Source of the DNA: Eledone cirrhosa
Lineage: Eukaryota
Direction: 5' to 3'
Length of the DNA: 64,000 nt
NCBI GenBank assembly: GCA_964016885.1
Contig: OZ024743.1
Span: 147,250,001 to 147,314,000 of the forward strand
Below are positions 54,701 through 64,000 of this stretch, piece after piece. A program made the position numbers and the translations under genes. The notes under the pieces were generated by a model that saw only the letters and a list, made by a program, of their open reading frames with translations, had not been told where the DNA came from and made no database searches. How positions within the stretch are numbered: the first letter of the stretch is position 1; every line of letters begins with the position of its first letter.

Positions 54701-55302
54701 AAAGTGCGGGGCAGGGAAGGGGGAGGGGAGGGTGAGTTGAGAAGATGATGATCTAGAGGAAGAGGAAAAGGAAAAAGTAGAAGGAAGGAGAAGAGAAAGA
54801 AAAGGAGCAATGGTTACTTGATGGGACTTGAGGTGATAGGACTAGTGCAGATGGTGTGTATAGTGAGTTTTGATATTTGCCATGAAATTGCCATCAGCGT
54901 GGTAAGGGTGTTAGTTTGAACACTAACTATTAGCAATAATTTCGGAAACTGTGTCTCAAGAACTCAAAGCAACATCAAACAGAGAGACCCAATGGATGTT
55001 CAAGGAAAAAAAAAAAAAAAAAAAAACCCGTGAAGAAAGGGGAGGTAACTAACATCAATGACACTGCTGGTGTTTGTAATAATATTGATGTCGAGGAAAT
55101 GTTGTGTGTTTGAAAGGGTGAGATGGGTATGTGGATGAGGTGGAAGATGGTAATGTTGGTCGATGCTGATGGTGCTCTTGGCACCGGCAAACGATTCCGT
55201 TGGATTCGGTGACTCTTTCTTATCAGATTAATTAATTAATATGTAATCAAAACTTAAAAGTGTAAAATTGATACACACACATGCACACAAACGCAGACAC
55301 AC

Positions 55303-57070
<1,768 letters not shown>

Positions 57071-57313
57071 TGTGTGTGTGTATACTTTAGCCAGATTAAT
57101 TGATAGGGCGAAGGATAACGACATGAGAGTGTAAATAAACAACACATACGCTATTACATAGCATTTCAGACATCAGTCGCTGTATTAAATTTCCTGTTCA
57201 TTGAAATGTTGGTATAGTTCATACAAATACAATATGCTGCACACATACATATACAACCTAATTTTACGGTATTCCGTCTTGATTTCCGCCAACTGTATCT
57301 ATCTCCCCCCCCC

Positions 57314-57772
<459 letters not shown>

Positions 57773-57774
57773 AT

Positions 57775-57805
<31 letters not shown>

Positions 57806-58097
57806 ATATATATATATGTATATATATATGAGTATGTATACGTACATACATATATGTATACAGACGTACAGTAGTATGTATATATATATACATACATGCA
57901 CACATATATATATGTACGTATGGATTCACCGAACATTTATTATAATGCTCGGTGTGTTTGTAAACAAACATCCCGAATTAAGCCGTACATCTCTATACAT
58001 ATATGTATGTACGTATACATACTTATATTTAAGTAACAGCCGTACTAAGAGTGAGAAATGAAATTTCGTTTCATTTTTTCCGTTTATATATATATGT

Positions 58098-58129
<32 letters not shown>

Positions 58130-58131
58130 AC

Positions 58132-58196
<65 letters not shown>

Positions 58197-58220
58197 CATA
58201 TATATATATATACATACATA

Positions 58221-58251
<31 letters not shown>

Positions 58252-58287
58252 ACATACACACACATATATATATATATATACATACAT

Positions 58288-58409
<122 letters not shown>

Positions 58410-58472
58410 ATAAATATACATATATATATATATATACATATATATAATCATATTTATATATATATACATTTA

Positions 58473-58507
<35 letters not shown>

Positions 58508-58590
58508 CGGTCCTCAATGTTGCCATTGACTGACCAACGGTCAAAAATAATACAGATACAATATAGACACAAACACATATATATATAGTT

Positions 58591-58634
58591 TATCAAAGTT
58601 CTTTCGTTGCACATCTGCAACATCGTCAGTGGTG
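58591..58634 (-). ncRNA. Minimal hammerhead downstream of the 58898-59070 endonuclease remnant
   Basis: Minus strand: cacca-CTGACGA-tgttgca gatg tgcaac-GAAAG-aa-CTT-tgata; weak stem I. Confidence 0.55.
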
Positions 58635-58897
58635 CTATTGTTTCCTCCCGTTGCATTGTATTTTCTACGCCATCCTTATTTAGTCTGTTTATATATATAT
58701 TTATTTATTTGTTTATTTTATTTTGTCTTCTTTGCGCATCGTTTGCGTGTGTGTATAGTGTTTTGTTTGATGTGTGTTCGTGATTGGGTGACTGTGTATT
58801 GGTTAATGTATTCTATCTTTACTAGTGTGTGTTTATATGTGTTTGTTGTTATTGTATATGTGTATGTATTTATTTATTTATTTATCTAGTTATTTAT

Positions 58898-59072
58898 TTA
58901 TACTTCTCTTAGGTCAGTGTTGTTGTTATTCCATTCATTCTTTCTGTTTAGCCTTGGCCTTCTAAGTTCTATTTCACTGGCCTCTCTGATTTGCCTATCT
59001 GCTGGGTAATTTCTATGTTTAGATATTATTCTAATTTCTATGTTGTCTATGTTACCGTCGTGTTGTTGTCGT
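58898..59072 (-). pseudogene. Penelope-like GIY-YIG endonuclease C-terminus
   Basis: [15 protein letters not shown]...[23 protein letters not shown] (R.I.EA..I....P.LN motif). Confidence 0.8.
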
Positions 59073-59192
59073 GAGTGTGTTGTGTTATTAATTCTGGCAA
59101 TATTACACAAATATGACCATCTCCAAGTATAACAATATTTGTTTCGACACACGATTTCATAGAAAAAACCTCGCAAAACTAATTCATCGCCG

Positions 59193-59311
<119 letters not shown>

Positions 59312-59417
59312 CACACTCTCAAGCGTGAAACTAATATTAACATTTTGTACTGTCTCTTCGCTTCCATGTTGTTTTTTGTTTACTATTTCAACTATAATAT
59401 ATATATATACATTTATA

Positions 59418-59470
<53 letters not shown>

Positions 59471-59907
59471 GTGTGTGTGTATGAGTGTGTGTATATGGAT
59501 GAGTGGAAACATACTTACTACATTGAAAAGGCACCTTTAATGCAGATAACTATGATTAATATTTGAATACATTGGGTAAATTACTCTGGAAATGGAAAAA
59601 AAAACCGGACAAAATCGAACTACGTAATGTTTAATGGTGATCTTTCGGTATACGACAGATGCATATAGTACACACGTAGTATGCATTTCTATAAAGTTGT
59701 ATTACAGCGCGTTACACGAACAATTCCATATAGGACCACTGTTTTAAAAAATAGTCCAGCAAGGAAAATTCTGAATGTGTAATTCAAAATTGTTCTTGTC
59801 TAACCGATAGGAAACAAATAAATAATGGAGATGAAATTTTCACTACTATAGCTCTAAATATATAACAACTATGGTTGTTGGTCCATATTTATGTCTAAAC
59901 GATCTGA

Positions 59908-59959
<52 letters not shown>

Positions 59960-59960
<1 letters not shown>

Positions 59961-60159
59961 TACAAAAGATAGTACTAATGGGAACTGCCCATATACTAAG
60001 GAAGATCCTGTCAATATAAGTACATCACAAGTCTAAACACTAAGGATGCATGTGTGAATATGTGTGTTCTTTCTTGAACATGGCGGACCTTGTTGTCTCT
60101 TGAGGTCACTGGTTGTGACTTGGTGATAACTCGTATAAACATAAAGCAAGATAAATGCA
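59960..60159 (+). mobile_element. Dong/R4-type retrotransposon 3' tail inserted in (TAA)n
   Basis: IQKIVLMGTAHILRKILSI* followed by a short UTR; (TAA)n on both sides. Confidence 0.8.
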
Positions 60160-60559
60160 AATAATAATAATAATAATATTAATAATAATAATAATGCTTT
60201 CTTTATTAACCACAAGAGTGTACATAAAGTAGACATTAAGGACAGTACAGGACAATACAGGACGGTACAAATGGGCATTTCTGCGTGTAAAAAAAACAGA
60301 GGATGTAATAAAAATAACAATGAAAAATTCCCGAATAGGGGGGAGATTCCGAAGGACATTTGTGGAGAAAGCCCATTAAAAGGCCACATTGACCCTGACC
60401 AGCAGGGCAAGTGCCCTCTCCCAGTTTTCCAACTTTAATTTAAAGACACATACTCAGAGTAGGCCCATTCACTCGGGCCATACTTGTATCTCTCACCCAT
60501 CTTTCAACAAAATGCTGGGAAGAGAGCACTTCCCACTCTACCCAGATTTTCCTTTTCAA

Positions 60560-62864
60560 ATGAAATTTGAAAAAGTTAATCAGGGCATCACCGAAGAGAT
60601 AAGTGCTCGTCTTCAGCCCTTTCAAACGTGTCCACCATGCTATCTCTTTCGCCCTGGCTGCCCTTCCCGGCTAAAGGAAGAGGGCGGGGAAATCCTCACG
60701 ATGGACACAGCCGATAACTTGATCCGTCCTACACGTGACAGCCGGTGTTCGACATAAACCCACCAGTCAGCAATTTTCGGACACTGGACGAGTGCGTGCA
60801 GGACGGTTTCGTCACCCTGCGCGCATCTCGGACATGCCCGGTGACGGCACCTCCATGCCTGTAGAGTTTATCCCGAACTGGCAAAGCTCCTCGGTAGCAC
60901 TGCCAGGCCAGGGATTTCTGGAAGTTGTCCATAGGGTCCGGCCCGAAAGTCCTTTCGAAGAGATTGGCTAGTTGATTTTCGTCGACGTCTAGAGTTTCTC
61001 CAAGTACGTCGTCGCTCTTCCCCTCCACTAATCCTCTATAGAACGCCAAGGTGGAGTTTCCACCGATCACATTGCCCGATTGGTCGAGGGCTGTGAGCGC
61101 CTGAAGACATTCCAGTCTCCAAGCGCTCCCTCTCGGTCTTCGCTTGACCCAGGACTGCAGCTCCGTCAAGGAGACGAGTTGGGGAAAGACGTGTTTAGCA
61201 AACGGCGACCACACCTGATCACCGTCGAGGAAGAAGTGGAGATGCCGTAGCCTGAGCGCGTGTCTGCGCATCATCAGCCACGGCATGCCCAGCCCTCCAC
61301 GTAGCGGGCGTTGACAGCAGATGGACCGCCTGACCATCGGAGCGCGTCCCTTCCACAAAAAGCGAAAGAGAACGCGCTCCAGCGCAGTCAGGCGGGGCTT
61401 AGGACAAGGTACGACGGTCAGGCGGTAGTAGATGACGGACGCGATGTACGCGTTAGCCACATGCGTTCGACCTTTAAGGAATAGCTTCCTCTCCGCCCAT
61501 TTCTGGGTAAGAGAAGCCACCCTGCTCGTCACCTCGTCCCAGTTTTTGTCCGTCTGGAGGTCCGGACTGAAACAAACCCCTAGCAATTTAACCGATCCCT
61601 CCGTCCAGCGCCCGATGACGCTATTGGACGGCATGGACCTGCTTCTCCAGGTGACGAGCTGCAGGCCCACTGACTTTTCCTCGTTGATCATTGCTCCTGT
61701 CATCGCTTCGTATTCTCTTAGTGTAGTGCCGATCGCCTCGATGTGTTTGGCGTTCGACACCACTACGGTGACATCGTCCGCATATGCTGACATGGATTTT
61801 CCGCATCCTAATTCACCCCCCCCCCCTCAACGCCTCGTGTTTGTGCAGTAATGGTTCGTGAGTCAATACGTACAATAGGAACGAGAGGGGACATCCTTGG
61901 CGGACCGAGCGCATGATGTTGAACGGTTCCGAAAGGTGACCGTTCACTCTCACCACAGAGCAGGTGTAGCTGTGCATGGCAGCGATCCAGCCTCTGAAGA
62001 CGGGCACAAAGCCAGCCGCCCTCAGGACTGCCGCTAGGTAACGATGGTTGACCCTATCGAAAGCTTAACTAGTTCGCTAATCCGGTCTCTGTAGGCTTTG
62101 CGCGCTGGTAAGGACGCGTTTAGCTTCCAGTAGCGGGGTCCTCGTCTATGAAGCCTAAGTCAAGCACACAGATCACGAATTTATGGTCCGTGTAGCTGAC
62201 TATCTTGAATTGTGGACAGCCTATGCTAGACCTATCTATTTCTCTACAAAATACTCTATCTAGATATGATCTGGATAACCCTATGCGATTTGTCCAAGTC
62301 TACATTGGCACATTCAGGAAATCCAATCGGTATCTGTCAGACAGTTCAAAACACCTGAGCAGGTTGGTGAGCCTCTTGCACCCTCCTCCCCTATCCGCTA
62401 ATACCACACAGTCCCAGCGTGCATCTAAGATCCCGTTCCAGTCGCCCACTAACACTAAAGAGCGGGACGTTCCAAGAAAGGTCTCCAGACGCCGGAAGAA
62501 ATCAGGCCGCCCTGCTCCTGTCGGGGCATAGACGGCCACTAGCCTAAAAGCTTGTCCGTCTCCGCTGGTCACGTCCAGCACCACCAACTTACCTTCTGGG
62601 TCCAGGAAGATGGCCCGTATGGCGAGATCCAAACCTCTCCGAAAAGGCACAGCAACTCCTTCCCCCGATCCCGGACGGCTGGAAGATGCGTACACCTCGT
62701 AGCCGCCGAAGATCGGTGCGAAGGCCTGTGCTTCGGAGATTCTGGTCTCGCTGATGGCCACTACATCTATGTTTAGTGAGCTTTAGGTCGTTGAGCAGGT
62801 GGCCCTGCTTCCATGACGACCCCAAGCCACGCGCATTTATGCTGCCTATTCTGAGTGAGGTCAT
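60560..62864 (-). pseudogene. L1/Tx1 ORF2 (APE endonuclease + reverse transcriptase), frameshifted, with a large deletion near 62070
   Basis: SINARGL, AISET, VAVYAP, LVGDWN, AFDRVNH, VRQGCPLS, SAYADD, KLLGV, GGLGMP. Confidence 0.93.
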
Positions 62865-62894
62865 GTTGAAATGTAGTGGAAAAAACCACTTACC

Positions 62895-63572
62895 TTACTT
62901 CTCGTAGGGGAAGGATGGTTTGTCCATCCTTTTCACTGCTTGTGGCCTCCTCCAGAAGGATGTCCTTATAAATCCTCCTGGAGATTGTTTGTCGGAAGTC
63001 TCCGTTAATTGTCCGATAAGACACGGTGCATAGGCGACGTTGCTCCATTTTATTAGGGGGGGGGGGGGGGGGGTGAGGTTGACCCTGTACCCATCTTTCT
63101 TTACCATTCCTTTGGCTTCTTCTAATTCCTCCCGAGTTACATGGATCGCTTCGCACGTTTTTGCTACTCTGGCAAAACTCAGGGTAGTTTTCTTAATTTC
63201 ATTGTTGCTGTTGTTGTTATCGTTATTTTTGCTATTGTTCATTTTAGTTTCAGTTGTGGTGGTGGTGGCGTCAGTGGTATTCGGTGTGGAAGAGTTCATT
63301 TCGGTTGAATTCATTTCGATATCACGAGTTAATTTATTTTTTTCTTTTGTTTCTGTTGTCGCTGTGGTGGTGGTTGTCGCGGTGGTGGTTGTGGTGGCGG
63401 CTTTAACACCTGCAGTCATTGGTAATGGCGGGAAATGAACGTCTGCCTGAGACAAATTTAAAATATTGCTACTGCTTACATCTCCTGTGTTGGTAAACGT
63501 AGCAATATTTACAATGGTGGTGTCGGTGTGAGGTGTTAGAGTGGGAGGAAGAAGTGACTCTGAGACATCCAT
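62895..63572 (-). pseudogene. Probable ORF1 N-terminal remnant of the L1/Tx1 element
   Basis: ATG-initiated, low-complexity N-terminus then SFARVA; directly upstream of ORF2; apparent break at the G run 63056-63073. Confidence 0.55.
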
Positions 63573-64000
63573 GATTTTTCAAAGAAAAATTTTTGTTTGA
63601 TAATTATAAAAAGTTTTAATTTTGGGCTCGACGCCCCAATATTTTTGAGTGTCCTTTTCAGAAATCAATGTATGTGCACTTATATACAGTTAACAATAAA
63701 ACTTTCCATAAATGGCAATTTTAAACAACTGAAAATAACAAACCTTTGCGGAGCTCACGATGATACGATTTACTACGTAGGTCGCCAATAATAATAATAA
63801 TAAAAATCTGAACGAGGTGCAAGAAATTGTTTTGACTGATACTGCACAAGTATTGAGAAGAGCACTATCCCTCTTTGTATTTACATATGCATATGCACAT
63901 GTGTAGATATGTATACTGTTTGTCTTTGGTTTTTAAAAAAATTATAATCAACATGCTGCATTAACTGGCTTACCAATGCACACTGTGAATTTATTTCCCC

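Larger units (their letters stand above)
60196..63786 (-). mobile_element. L1/Tx1-clade LINE, internally deleted; 5' boundary tentative
   Basis: ORF1 start, APE endonuclease, RT and C-terminal domain in order; aataaa near the 3' end; (AAT)n at 60161-60195 and 63787-63802. Confidence 0.8.

Noticed and set aside
53756-54748. 302-aa Asp/Gly-rich ORF resembling an acidic biomineralisation protein
   Set aside because: (GAT/GGT)n repeat open in multiple frames; no signal peptide

Overview
AT-rich, microsatellite-saturated eukaryotic DNA with no confidently identifiable host gene. The SINE family and the repeat landscape suggest an octopus or other coleoid cephalopod (inference). Most long ORFs in the track are (TA)n/(TG)n/triplet-repeat artefacts. 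Recognisable mobile elements are a decayed Helitron (Rep HUH + PIF1 helicase), a deleted L1/Tx1-type LINE, R4/Dong-type fragments, two RTE-type fragments (one 5'-inverted), about 17 copies of a tRNA-derived SINE, a small TIR element and three Penelope-like (GIY-YIG) endonuclease remnants. The most striking signal is invisible in the ORF track: the window is full of type I hammerhead ribozyme (HHR) motifs from roughly ten unrelated sequence families. These include a near-perfect 310-bp tandem array carrying 9 intact minimal HHRs that flips orientation midway (retrozyme-like, predicted 310-nt circRNA). They also include a recurring architecture of head-to-head inverted duplications in or next to (TA)n tracts with outward-facing ribozymes, several with non-canonical cores (U3-A8, C4, non-paired 10.1-11.1, very long stem II). 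All structures were read by eye; no folding program or database search was run.
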